A stretch of 44,046 nucleotides of DNA from a virus (Duplodnaviria; Caudoviricetes). The stretch covers positions 1 through 44,046 of IMG/VR virus record IMGVR_UViG_3300037483_000599; one strand, 5' to 3'. The translations under genes were made by a program, and so were the position numbers. Within the stretch, counting starts at the first letter, position 1. Each line of letters begins with the position of its first letter. The notes under the pieces were generated by a model that saw nothing but the letters and a program-made list of their open reading frames with translations, ran no database searches and was not told the DNA's origin. Below, one piece after another: positions 1-8,271 of this stretch.

Positions 1-1
1 G

Positions 2-310
2 GTGTTCGCCGCGACCTGGAAAAAGGCGGCCGAAGTAGTGGGCGTGGTGTTTGGCCCAGCCGCGGCCGACACGGGCCCCCAGGCAACGGCCTACGCCGCG
101 GCCTTGAACGGGTACATGGTCGGAGTGGAAAAGGCCGGCGCGTGGATCCGGCCGGCCGAGACGCCGCCCCCGGTCACTCCGGCCCCGCGGCCGGTGGCAC
201 CGGCCCGGCCCGCCCCGGCCCCGATGGTGGGCCCGGGTGCCCCGGGCGAGTCGTTCGAGGACTTCCCGGCGGCCCTAGAGCCGGAGGACGACGACGGCCT
301 GCCGTTCTGA
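2..310 (+). CDS. C-terminal part of a putative ssDNA-binding/annealing protein (probably continues from 43564..44046)
   Basis: High-GC3 frame open at the window edge; Pro-rich linker and acidic SSB-type tail EDFPAALEPEDDDGLPF. Confidence 0.6.
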   Translation: MFAATWKKAAEVVGVVFGPAAADTGPQATAYAAALNGYMVGVEKAGAWIRPAETPPPVTPAPRPVAPARPAPAPMVGPGAPGESFEDFPAALEPEDDDGLPF

Positions 311-1086
311 TGCGCCGACGCCTACCCCGGCCGCCGTGGGTGCCCGAGGGCATCATGAACTTCTGTCGGGTCCACCGGTGGTGGGGTACGGACGGCCGGT
401 GCCCCGAGTGCGAGCCCCGGACCTCCCGGACCACATGGGAACGGACCGGGGTGGTGGTCCCAGACGACGTATACGACGACCAACCGCTGCCCCCGCCGTC
501 CTGGTCGGACGCCACGGGGGCCATCAAGACCGACCATATCGAGAGGCAGCCCGTGAAGCTGTACGAACTGGCGCCCATGTACCGCCTTGTGGCCGAGAGT
601 CTGTCGGCCATGGGGGAGAGTGCGACCGACAACCCCGAGGACGCGGCTGAGTACGATGCCACAGAGGCCCGGGCCATGTCGGACCTGGCCGACATCGGGG
701 ACGCCTTCGACGCCAAGGCCCAGAACGTGGCCCTGGTGGTCCGGGAGCTCGAGACCGAGGCGGCGGCCATCCAGACAGAGGCCGACCGGCTGAGGATGCG
801 GGCCCAGGCGCGGTCGAACGCCGCCAAGCGGCTGAAGGACTACCTCCGGGCCAACATGGCCGCGGCCGGCCTGACCAAGGTCACCGGAAAACTGGCCACC
901 GTGTCCCTCGTCAACAACGGCCGCCCCGCCATCACCTGGGAGCGGCCCCTGGACGACCTCCCGGCCGGGTTCCGCCGGGTGTCCGTGGCCCTGGATGGCG
1001 GCAAGGCCTTCGAGGCCCTGAAGGCGGACGGGTACCTGCCGGACGGGTTCCAGGTGGTCCACGGCCAGCACATCAGGATCAGGTAG
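310..1086 (+). CDS. Siphovirus Gp157-family protein, possibly with an N-terminal Zn-finger extension (alternative start GTG 553)
   Basis: KLYEL start motif, coiled coil 'KAQNVALVVRELETEAAAIQTEADRL...RLKDYL', C-terminal 'HIRIR'; ATG 310 overlaps the upstream TGA; GAGAGG precedes GTG 553. Confidence 0.8.
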   Translation: MRRRLPRPPWVPEGIMNFCRVHRWWGTDGRCPECEPRTSRTTWERTGVVVPDDVYDDQPLPPPSWSDATGAIKTDHIERQPVKLYELAPMYRLVAESLSAMGESATDNPEDAAEYDATEARAMSDLADIGDAFDAKAQNVALVVRELETEAAAIQTEADRLRMRAQARSNAAKRLKDYLRANMAAAGLTKVTGKLATVSLVNNGRPAITWERPLDDLPAGFRRVSVALDGGKAFEALKADGYLPDGFQVVHGQHIRIR

Positions 1087-1113
1087 GGGCGCCCCGGGGG
1101 CGCCAGTCTGCTG

Positions 1114-1320
1114 TCCCGTCCAGCCGCTACTAGCGGGGTTGGGGTTACTCCCCGACGCGGGGTGACGAAAGCGTAAGTGACGGTCCCCGGGCGTTAATGG
1201 TGGGTTACGCGGGGCGGTCGCGGTGCCCGGGGTTTTCTCCTTCCCCACGCCGCGGGAACACGGGCTGGGGGGCCCACCGCCCCTGCGTGACCCTTCGGGC
1301 TACACGACCACAGGACGGGA
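1114..1320 (+). ncRNA. Putative structured leader RNA upstream of dnaB
   Basis: Closing helix TCCCGTCC(1114-1121)/GGACGGGA(1313-1320); internal stems at 1124-1136, 1138-1156, and 1202-1218 with 1276-1293. Confidence 0.45.
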
Positions 1321-1325
1321 GGGGT

Positions 1326-2669
1326 ATGGGTGAGGCGGCGCGTGATACCCTCGCGCTCGTCCGGGACGCGGACGGAGAGGTAGAGCGGGCGGTGTTGGCC
1401 GCCATCCTCCTGGACAACCGGACCGCGGACGACGTGTTCCAGGTGCTGCGGCCCGAGGACTTCCACGACGACCGACACCGGCACCTGGCCGGTGCCATGC
1501 GGTCCCTGTACGAACACGGCGAGGCCGTGGATCCGTTGACGGTACGCGACCGCCTGGACCGAGAGCAGCACCTAAAGGCGGCCGGCGGCATGGAGTACAT
1601 CGCCGAGCTTCTGGACATGGTTCCCACGGCGGCCAACGCCAGGGACCACGCCGAGGTCGTGCGGACCCGGGCCCTCGAGCGCGCCCTGGTGCGGGCCGGC
1701 CAGGACATCGTGGCCACCGCCCGGGCTCGCCAGGCTGGGGCCCGGGAACTGGTGGCCGCGGCCGAGCGGGCGTTGGGTGCGGCGGTGGACCGGACCCTGG
1801 TGGACGAACCCAGGGTCCTGGGGGACATCGTCTGGGAGGTGTCGTCGGAACTCGAGAACCGGCACGCCCACCCCCAGCGGCTCCTGGGTATCGGCACCGG
1901 CCTCATGGACCTGGACGAATTGGTGGCCGGGTGGCGGCCGGGCCAGTACGTCCTGGTCGGGGCCCGACCGTCCGAGGGCAAGACGGCCCTCGCGTTGAAG
2001 CTGGCCCGCGAGGCCGCGGGCCAGGGGTTCCCGGTCCTGTTCCTGTCCCTGGAAATGACCGCCCACGAGCTCGCCGAACGCCTCCTGGCCTCCGAGGCCG
2101 AGGTGAATAGCCGGGACATGGCCCGCGGGCGCCTGGCCACGTCGGACTGGCCCCACCTGGCCGAGGCCGCGGGAAAACTGGCGACGTTGCCGGTCTACAT
2201 CGTGGACTCGGCCGCCACGACGGTGTCCCAGATACGGGCCGTGGCCCGTCGTTACCAACGGCAACACGGCGTCAAGCTGGTGGTGCTGGACTACGTCCAA
2301 CTGGTCCACCCGGACCGGCGGACAGAGTCGGCCGTCCAGGACATGCGGGACATTTCCGGGGCCCTGAAGTCCCTGGCCAAAGAGCTCCTGGTGCCCGTCG
2401 TGGCCCTGTCGCAGTTGAACCGCCAGGTGGAGGGACGGTCGGACACCAAGCCCAAGCTGTCAGACCTGCGCGAGTCGGGCGCCCTGGAACAGGACGCCGA
2501 CGTGGTGGTCCTGCTGTGGACGGACCCGAAAAAGGCCCACGACCTCGGGCCACGGGCCCCCCTGACCCTACTGGTGGTGAAGCAACGGAACGGGCCCAAG
2601 GGGGAATGTGAGGCGCTGTTTGACCGGCCGTCCGGCCGGTTCCTGAACTACCGCGGGGAGGGGCCATGA
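1326..2669 (+). CDS. dnaB: Replicative DNA helicase DnaB
   Basis: N-domain 'ERAVLAAILLD...EDF', Walker A GARPSEGKT, 'FLSLEM', 'VLDYVQL', 'LSQLNR', 'SDLRESGALEQDADVV', 'KQRNGP'; SD GGGAGG. Confidence 0.97.
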   Translation: MGEAARDTLALVRDADGEVERAVLAAILLDNRTADDVFQVLRPEDFHDDRHRHLAGAMRSLYEHGEAVDPLTVRDRLDREQHLKAAGGMEYIAELLDMVPTAANARDHAEVVRTRALERALVRAGQDIVATARARQAGARELVAAAERALGAAVDRTLVDEPRVLGDIVWEVSSELENRHAHPQRLLGIGTGLMDLDELVAGWRPGQYVLVGARPSEGKTALALKLAREAAGQGFPVLFLSLEMTAHELAERLLASEAEVNSRDMARGRLATSDWPHLAEAAGKLATLPVYIVDSAATTVSQIRAVARRYQRQHGVKLVVLDYVQLVHPDRRTESAVQDMRDISGALKSLAKELLVPVVALSQLNRQVEGRSDTKPKLSDLRESGALEQDADVVVLLWTDPKKAHDLGPRAPLTLLVVKQRNGPKGECEALFDRPSGRFLNYRGEGP

Positions 2670-2914
2670 ACTACGGCGACAGGGTGCTAGCACTGGTGCT
2701 TGTGGTGTTGTTCGTGGCCGTCGCCCTGCTGTGGTCCGGCGACGTAGCCCAACGGCATGGCTACGACCTGGGGTACGCCCAGGGCACCACGGCCGTGGTC
2801 GGTACCCTGGACACCGCGGCCCTGCGGCGCATTGCGGCCGAATGGGACTCGACGGGGTGTGTCTGGTGGGCCCCCAAGGGTGGGGGGTTCGTGGTGACCA
2901 GGGGCCGGCCATGA
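2666..2914 (+). CDS. Small membrane protein
   Basis: N-terminal hydrophobic helix; ATGA overlap with dnaB. Confidence 0.65.
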   Translation: MNYGDRVLALVLVVLFVAVALLWSGDVAQRHGYDLGYAQGTTAVVGTLDTAALRRIAAEWDSTGCVWWAPKGGGFVVTRGRP

Positions 2915-3081
2915 AGGCAGGGACCCAGTTCTGCGTCAAGTGCGACGGGGGCCGGGCCTACCCGGTCATGGACGACCCGGGGAACGGGCAACCGTGCACG
3001 TTCCGCCTGGTGTGCTCCGACTGCGGTTACGGGCGGGAAGTGGACCCGCCGGGAGTGGACGATGCCCGAGCGGCTGCGTGA
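2911..3081 (+). CDS. Small Zn-ribbon protein
   Basis: CVKC...CSDC; ATGA coupling. Confidence 0.6.
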   Translation: MKAGTQFCVKCDGGRAYPVMDDPGNGQPCTFRLVCSDCGYGREVDPPGVDDARAAA

Positions 3082-3430
3082 CCTGAACCCGACGACCCCG
3101 GACGCCCTCGAGCTCGAGCTCGAGGGCGTCCTGCGCCTGGCCGACGCGGCCACCGACCTGGGCCAGCCGAACCTGGCCAAGCTCCTGGCCGACGTGGTGG
3201 CCCGTGTCCGCCGGGCCGCCGAGCCCTACCTGGACCGGTTGACCGAGACCGAGGCGGTGCTGCGGTCCGGTCGGTCCCGCACCTGGTTGCGGGCCATGGC
3301 CCGCCAGGTGTGGGTCCATGCCGGGGACGCCTGGGTGGACGGCGGCCGGTACTCTTACCGTCGCCTGGTGGTGCCGGCGGGAACGCCGGCCAGTGTGACC
3401 CGGGCCGCGGGGCGGAAGGCGGCGGCATGA
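3062..3430 (+). CDS. Hypothetical protein, possible excisionase-like HTH
   Basis: 'LTETEAVLRSGRSRTWLRAM' resembles AlpA/Xis-type HTH; lies just upstream of the integrase. Confidence 0.5.
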   Translation: MPERLRDLNPTTPDALELELEGVLRLADAATDLGQPNLAKLLADVVARVRRAAEPYLDRLTETEAVLRSGRSRTWLRAMARQVWVHAGDAWVDGGRYSYRRLVVPAGTPASVTRAAGRKAAA

Positions 3431-3750
3431 GCGGCGTTGGGCGTCCCCTGGGCGTCGGTTTCGTCGGGGACTGGCGCCGGGGTTGGCGCCTGTGGTGCGC
3501 CGGGGTCCCCATGCGTGACATCGGCCGGGAAATCGGGGTGTCCGCCGCGGCGGTGGCGAAACATGCCCGGACGTACGAATGGCCCCGCCGCCAGCCTACC
3601 CGGCGGGACTTCTACCACCGGCGCGGGGCGCCGCCCGACCAGGACCCGCCCGTGACCCTCCGGGTGTGCTGGGAGTGCCAGCAACTGACTCGCGGCCCTG
3701 GCCAGTGTACGGTGTGCGGCAAGACCAAACTGACGGAGGTGGTAGCGTGA
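3427..3750 (+). CDS. HTH plus C-terminal Zn-finger protein
   Basis: 'MRDIGREIGVSAAAVAKHA' HTH; CWEC...CTVC. Confidence 0.65.
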   Translation: MSGVGRPLGVGFVGDWRRGWRLWCAGVPMRDIGREIGVSAAAVAKHARTYEWPRRQPTRRDFYHRRGAPPDQDPPVTLRVCWECQQLTRGPGQCTVCGKTKLTEVVA

Positions 3751-4880
3751 CCGCCCGCAAGACCCTGTCCGTCTATGGTCCCCGGGGCCTGCGGGTCCGG
3801 GTCCTGGTGGACGGGGACCTGGTGCGGGCCCAGTGGTACGAGGCGGGGGTGCGCCGGGTCCAGTCCTGGGCGAACACCCCCGAGAACCGGGTGACGGCCA
3901 AGGAGTGGGCGCGGGCGTTCGCCGACGCCCGGACCCGTGGCCCCGCACCGGCCTCGGCACCCCGGCGGATCCTACGGGAACTGTGGGTCCTGTACGTGGC
4001 GGCTGAGTTCCCGCACCTGCGGCCCCGCACCCGGACGCTGTACGCCGGCCGGTGGCGTCGGTGGGAGGCGTTCCTGGGGCCCACGTTCGTGGCCGAGGAC
4101 ACGACGCAGGAGCACGCGGACGAGTTCCGCGGGCGGTTGGCCCAGGCCGGCGTGGCCGTGAACCAGGCCCGTAACGCCGTGGCCGTCGTGCGCCTGGTCT
4201 ACGGGTGGGCCGAACGCCGGGAACTACTGGCCCGCAACCGCCTTGCCGGCTACCGGTTCAAGGTGGCCAAGGACGCCCCGCGGAACGACCCGGACGAGTA
4301 CCGGGTGGACGAGTGGCTGGCCATGCTGGCCGTCCTGGACTACCGGAACCCGGGCCAGTGGCGCCCGTGGGTCCTCCTGTCCCTGCTGGGTCACCAGGGA
4401 CCCCGGGTCAACGCGGCCCTACATCTGCGGTGGGAGGACGTGGACCTGGACGCCGGCACCGTGACGTGGCGGTCCGGGTGGGACAAGATGGGCAAGGAGC
4501 TGACCCAGCCCCTGAGGTGGGGGGCCGTGGCTGCCCTGCTGACCGCCCGGGCCTGGCGTGCCCGGGACGGGTACACCGGACCCTGGGTGTTCTACTCGTC
4601 GCACCGCCGGAACGGGGACGCGGCGGCCTACAAGGTCCAGTCGTTCTGGTACCACCTGCGGGCCGCCGAGGACGCGGCCGGCGTGGTCCACCGGCCCCTG
4701 CGGGCCGCCCACGGGTTCCGCAAGATGGTCGCGGGCGAGGTGGCCGAGGCCACCGGCGACCCGTGGCTGGCCCTGGGCTTCATCGGGGACGACGATATCC
4801 GCATGGTCCGCCGGTACGTGAAGCGGCGGGACGACCGACTGGCAGCCGTGGCGGCCCAACTGGATGGGGGGGTAGCCTGA
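3747..4880 (+). CDS. int: Tyrosine recombinase/integrase
   Basis: 'GPRVNAALHLRWEDVD' (Arg I), 'DKMG', 'HGFRK' (HxxR), 'MVRRY' (Tyr); attP about 1 kb downstream. Confidence 0.9.
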   Translation: MTARKTLSVYGPRGLRVRVLVDGDLVRAQWYEAGVRRVQSWANTPENRVTAKEWARAFADARTRGPAPASAPRRILRELWVLYVAAEFPHLRPRTRTLYAGRWRRWEAFLGPTFVAEDTTQEHADEFRGRLAQAGVAVNQARNAVAVVRLVYGWAERRELLARNRLAGYRFKVAKDAPRNDPDEYRVDEWLAMLAVLDYRNPGQWRPWVLLSLLGHQGPRVNAALHLRWEDVDLDAGTVTWRSGWDKMGKELTQPLRWGAVAALLTARAWRARDGYTGPWVFYSSHRRNGDAAAYKVQSFWYHLRAAEDAAGVVHRPLRAAHGFRKMVAGEVAEATGDPWLALGFIGDDDIRMVRRYVKRRDDRLAAVAAQLDGGVA

Positions 4881-5003
4881 TGCCAAAAAGACCATCAGAC
4901 CCCAACCGTACGGGCCACCGGCTGCGCGTTTTACAAAGAGGCCCACGAGGTCGGTTCCATGACCCTCCGAACGTCGGACTGGACGCAGCGAGGGGGCTGC
5001 TGT

Positions 5004-5765
5004 ATGAACTGGAACATCGCCGAGTTCAGAAACAAGAACGAGTGGAGGGGCTGGGCCTGGAGGCGGCTTAGCCCAACAACGTCTATTTGGCCAGGTCCGA
5101 TTCTCTATCTCGTGGGCCCCAGCGACGTGGACAGGGCCGTGGCTACCGCTCTCGGGGTTCCGCCCGAGATACTGGTTGCCACTGACGTGAACCGAGAAAA
5201 CGTGGACCAGGTTAGGAAGCAACACGGTCTGGGGTTAAGGGGCGACATCGTAGACGCCGTACGGACGTGGCCGGGTGACTGGTACCTCTCCGGCGTTCAC
5301 GCGGACTTTTGTGGCGGACTCAACGGAGGCGCACGGCATCTACTACGTGCGTTGGTACACAGAACGGCCATGCCGCTGGATCGTGGGAGGGGCAGGACCA
5401 TCAAGGTAATTGTAAACATGCAGCGTGGCAGGGAGCCGGCTGATTTCGGAAACGTGAGGGCGTCGGTCGGAACCAACCACCGCGGAGTCCTGTGGTGGTT
5501 ACTGCTCCGGGGGGCGTACACAGAGGCCGGCGCCCGCGACCCGATGCATGGACTCGGGGCCGAGTTCGCCAGCTACCGTGGCCGCCGTGTGACTATGGAC
5601 TCCGTGGCTGTAAGGTTGAAGTGGAGCACCGACCCGGACGAGCTGGACCGGTACTGGACGGCGAAGGGTAAGCCCTGTCGGTCCCCCGGGGGTTCACGTC
5701 GAGACATGGCGCGGAAGTTGGCGGCCCTGCGCGCCCTGTGGACCAGGATGGGGTTGGCCGAGTAG
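5004..5765 (+). CDS. Hypothetical protein with a class I SAM-methyltransferase-like strand pattern (alternative start 4959)
   Basis: ILYLVG / LVATD / LRGDI / GVHADFCG in Rossmann-like order; codon usage less GC3-biased than its neighbours. Confidence 0.55.
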   Translation: MNWNIAEFRNKNEWRGWAWRRLSPTTSIWPGPILYLVGPSDVDRAVATALGVPPEILVATDVNRENVDQVRKQHGLGLRGDIVDAVRTWPGDWYLSGVHADFCGGLNGGARHLLRALVHRTAMPLDRGRGRTIKVIVNMQRGREPADFGNVRASVGTNHRGVLWWLLLRGAYTEAGARDPMHGLGAEFASYRGRRVTMDSVAVRLKWSTDPDELDRYWTAKGKPCRSPGGSRRDMARKLAALRALWTRMGLAE

Positions 5766-5780
5766 GCCCCGGCCCCGAAC

Positions 5781-5800
5781 CCGTCACCGTACCGTCACCG
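5781..5800 (+). repeat. attP arm-type sites, left pair (CCGTCACCG x2, 11-bp period)
   Basis: ccgtcaccg at 5781-5789 and 5792-5800. Confidence 0.75.
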
Positions 5801-5858
5801 GACGGCGGTGGCGCGGAGCGTTAGGCGCGGAAGTGGTGCGGGGCCGGGAGTTGCGGAG

Positions 5859-5892
5859 AGCCACCGGTCGGATTTGAACCGACGACCGCCCG
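5859..5892 (-). mobile_element. attP core: 3' half of a tRNA (probably tRNA-Thr)
   Basis: Minus strand CGGG CGGTC GTCGG-TTCAAAT-CCGAC CGGTGGC T = variable loop, T-arm, acceptor 3' strand and U73; no intact 5' half. Confidence 0.85.
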
Positions 5893-5974
5893 CCACCTAA
5901 TCCGCTCCACCAACCCAACAACCTAGAAACCGTGCGGGGTTCCGCCCAGGGGTGGCGGCTCCGGGGAGGGTCGT

Positions 5975-6229
5975 GTGCCGCCTTTGGCAACCCGAAACCG
6001 TCACCGAACCGTCACCGGATACGTGGTCCTGCTGATGGTGCCGGCCGTCAGTTCGTTCTCTGAACGGTACGGCACCCCCCTGGCCATGGGCCGGGACGGG
6101 AAGCTCGCGAGTGGCGGCAAGGTGGCCCACTTGTTCACGTCGTCCGGCCGGGCCTGGTCGGCGGTGGCGCGGTCCCGGACCACCCCAGACGACCGGTTCA
6201 CCGTGGTTCCCGTGGGGCGGCACCCATGA
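5975..6229 (+). CDS. Hypothetical protein
   Basis: ORF ends in an ATGA overlap with the next gene; start uncertain because it overlaps the arm sites. Confidence 0.4.
   Translation: MPPLATRNRHRTVTGYVVLLMVPAVSSFSERYGTPLAMGRDGKLASGGKVAHLFTSSGRAWSAVARSRTTPDDRFTVVPVGRHP
5998..6017 (+). repeat. attP arm-type sites, right pair (CCGTCACCG x2, 11-bp period)
   Basis: ccgtcaccg at 5998-6006 and 6009-6017, same orientation as the left pair. Confidence 0.75.
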
Positions 6230-7017
6230 CCCGCCTCGGCGAGCAGACGCCGGTCGAGCGTCGCGGCGTCTACTGGATGAAGCGGGAAGACCGCTTCGTG
6301 TTCGCCGGGATGAGGGGCGGCAAGGTCCGCACCTGTCTGGCCCTGGCGTCGGCCCCGCCCGAGCCCTCGTGCCTGGTAACGGCCGGATCTCGGCACTCGC
6401 CCCAGGTCCTCATCGTGGCCCGGGTCGCCCGGGCCATGGGCCTGCCGTGTCGGGTCCATGTGCCGGCCGGCGCGGACACCCCGGAAACCCGGGGGGCCCG
6501 CGAGGCCGGGGCGGTGGTGGTGGGCCACAGCCCGGGATACAACACCGTGATTGTGGCCCGGGCCCGCCAGGACGCCGAGGCCCACCCGGGCGCCCGGCTC
6601 GTTCCGTTCGGGATGGAGTGCGAGGAGGCGGTCGAGCAGACCGCCGGCCAGGTCAGCAGCGCGGCGGCCGTGTTGGCCCGCCGGTGGGTCGTGCCGGTCG
6701 GGTCCGGCATGACCATCAGCGGTGTACTCCGGGGCCTGGCCCGACACCCCTTCGACCGCCGGCCGGCCGAGGTGGTCGGTGTGGTGGTCGGTGCCGACCC
6801 GTCACGGCGGCTCGCTCGGTGGCGCCCGTTCTTCGCGGACCCGGTGCCGGTCCGGTTCGAGATGGCGGCGGTTCCCTACCATGTGCGGGTCGAGTACTCG
6901 TTGGACGACATCCCCCTCGACCCCGTCTACGAGTCCAAGTGTGTGCCGTTCCTGTCGCCCGGCGACCTGTTCTGGGTCGTGGGACACCGGGACCCGGTGC
7001 CGGAGGTGACGCTGTGA
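6226..7017 (+). CDS. PLP-dependent enzyme, fold type II (PALP; ACC deaminase/cysteine synthase-like)
   Basis: 'TPVE...MKRED...GGKVR' (Schiff-base Lys), phosphate loop 'VPVGSGMT', 'LDPVYESK'. Confidence 0.85.
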   Translation: MTRLGEQTPVERRGVYWMKREDRFVFAGMRGGKVRTCLALASAPPEPSCLVTAGSRHSPQVLIVARVARAMGLPCRVHVPAGADTPETRGAREAGAVVVGHSPGYNTVIVARARQDAEAHPGARLVPFGMECEEAVEQTAGQVSSAAAVLARRWVVPVGSGMTISGVLRGLARHPFDRRPAEVVGVVVGADPSRRLARWRPFFADPVPVRFEMAAVPYHVRVEYSLDDIPLDPVYESKCVPFLSPGDLFWVVGHRDPVPEVTL

Positions 7018-7955
7018 CGGACGAAGGGCTGCTTTTCGGGCGGGACCTGTTCGGGGAGCCCGTGACACAGGCCAGCCGTGGGTTCCTGGCCGACCAGTTC
7101 ATGGTGCCCCCGTTCACGGTCCTCGACGGCCGGGTCGGGTGGTGGAAGGAACGCAAGCGGGCCTGGGTCGGGCTCGGCATCAAGTCAGAGCTGGGCCGGG
7201 ACGAGGGTCTGGCGTACAACTGGAAGATAGAGGGGGTGTCGAGTACGTCGGTGTTCGACCCCGTCCTGACCGAGTTCCTCTATCGGTCGTTCGTGCCCCC
7301 CGGCGGGTTGGTGTTGGACCCGTTCGCCGGTGGGTCGGTCCGCGGGGTGGTAGCCGGCCTGTTGGGCTATCGGTACCGCGGCATAGAGCTGCGGGGCGAG
7401 CAGGTGATGGCGAACCGCGACCAGGGCCGGGACATGGGCCTCGGGGCGAACCGGGCCGAGTGGATCCAGGGAGATTCCCTGGACGTGTTGGGCGTGGAAA
7501 CGTCCGGCTCGGCTGACTTCCTGTTTTCGTGTCCGCCCTACGGTGACCTCGAGCGGTACTCGGACGACCCCCGAGACCTCTCGACCATGGACTATCACCA
7601 CTTCCTCAACACCCTCGGCGACATCATCCGGCGCGGCGCCCGGGCCCTCCGGGCCGACCGCTTCGCCTGCTTCGTCGTCGGGGACTTCCGGGACCCGCGG
7701 GGTCTGTTCCGCGGGTTCGTGGCCGACACCATCCGGTTGTTCCGGGAGGCGTCCCTGTCGCTGTACAACGACGGCGTTCTCCTTACCTCGGTCGGGTCGG
7801 CGTCCATGCGGGCCGAGTCACAGTGGGAGGTGTCGCGGAAACTGGCCAAGGTCCACCAAAACGTCCTGGTGTTCGTGAAGGGTGACCCGCGGGCGGCCAC
7901 GTTGGCGTGCCGTGGCGGGTCGTCGTGGCGCGAGGAAAGAAAGGCGGCGGCATGA
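7014..7955 (+). CDS. DNA amino-methyltransferase (N6A/N4C type)
   Basis: SAM motif 'VLDPFAGGSVRG', catalytic 'SCPPYGDLERYS'; GTGA overlap with the PLP gene. Confidence 0.9.
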   Translation: MTDEGLLFGRDLFGEPVTQASRGFLADQFMVPPFTVLDGRVGWWKERKRAWVGLGIKSELGRDEGLAYNWKIEGVSSTSVFDPVLTEFLYRSFVPPGGLVLDPFAGGSVRGVVAGLLGYRYRGIELRGEQVMANRDQGRDMGLGANRAEWIQGDSLDVLGVETSGSADFLFSCPPYGDLERYSDDPRDLSTMDYHHFLNTLGDIIRRGARALRADRFACFVVGDFRDPRGLFRGFVADTIRLFREASLSLYNDGVLLTSVGSASMRAESQWEVSRKLAKVHQNVLVFVKGDPRAATLACRGGSSWREERKAAA

Positions 7956-8149
7956 GCGGCGGGCGGTGGATGCACGACCAGACCCGGGCCCTGTGGGTCC
8001 GGGTGGACGACGGGGCCAAGGTGCCGACCGTGGCCCTGGACCAGCGGCTCTGGGCCGGCGGCGTGACCCTGGCTCGGGTTCCCATCGGGGTCCGGGACGA
8101 GCTCCTGGACCTGCTACACCAGACCGGGAAGGGGGAACGGGCGGCATGA
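7952..8149 (+). CDS. Hypothetical protein
   Basis: ATGA-coupled at both ends, GC3-biased. Confidence 0.6.
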   Translation: MSGGRWMHDQTRALWVRVDDGAKVPTVALDQRLWAGGVTLARVPIGVRDELLDLLHQTGKGERAA

Positions 8150-8271
8150 CGTGGGCGGTGGTAGTCAAGGTGGTAGGGGTCTGGTTCCTGGTGTCGGTCC
8201 TGTTCGCGGCCCTCTGGTCCCTCTTGGGCCAGTTCCGGCCGGCGGACCGGGGGGGACACACGTGTCCCTGA
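8146..8271 (+). CDS. Small membrane peptide
   Basis: Single hydrophobic helix; ATGA coupling. Confidence 0.5.
   Translation: MTWAVVVKVVGVWFLVSVLFAALWSLLGQFRPADRGGHTCP

Noticed and set aside
4880-5071. ORF starting at the integrase stop (MPKRPSDPN...)
   Set aside because: It overlaps the better-supported 5004-5765 frame and has no motif; it cannot be excluded but is unsupported.
5859-5926. Complete tRNA gene on the minus strand (GTTGTTG could wobble-pair with the acceptor 3' strand; TTGGTGGAGC looks D-loop-like)
   Set aside because: Five of seven acceptor pairs would be G-U, the D/anticodon region is about 9 nt too short and there is no anticodon stem; an attP core explains it better.
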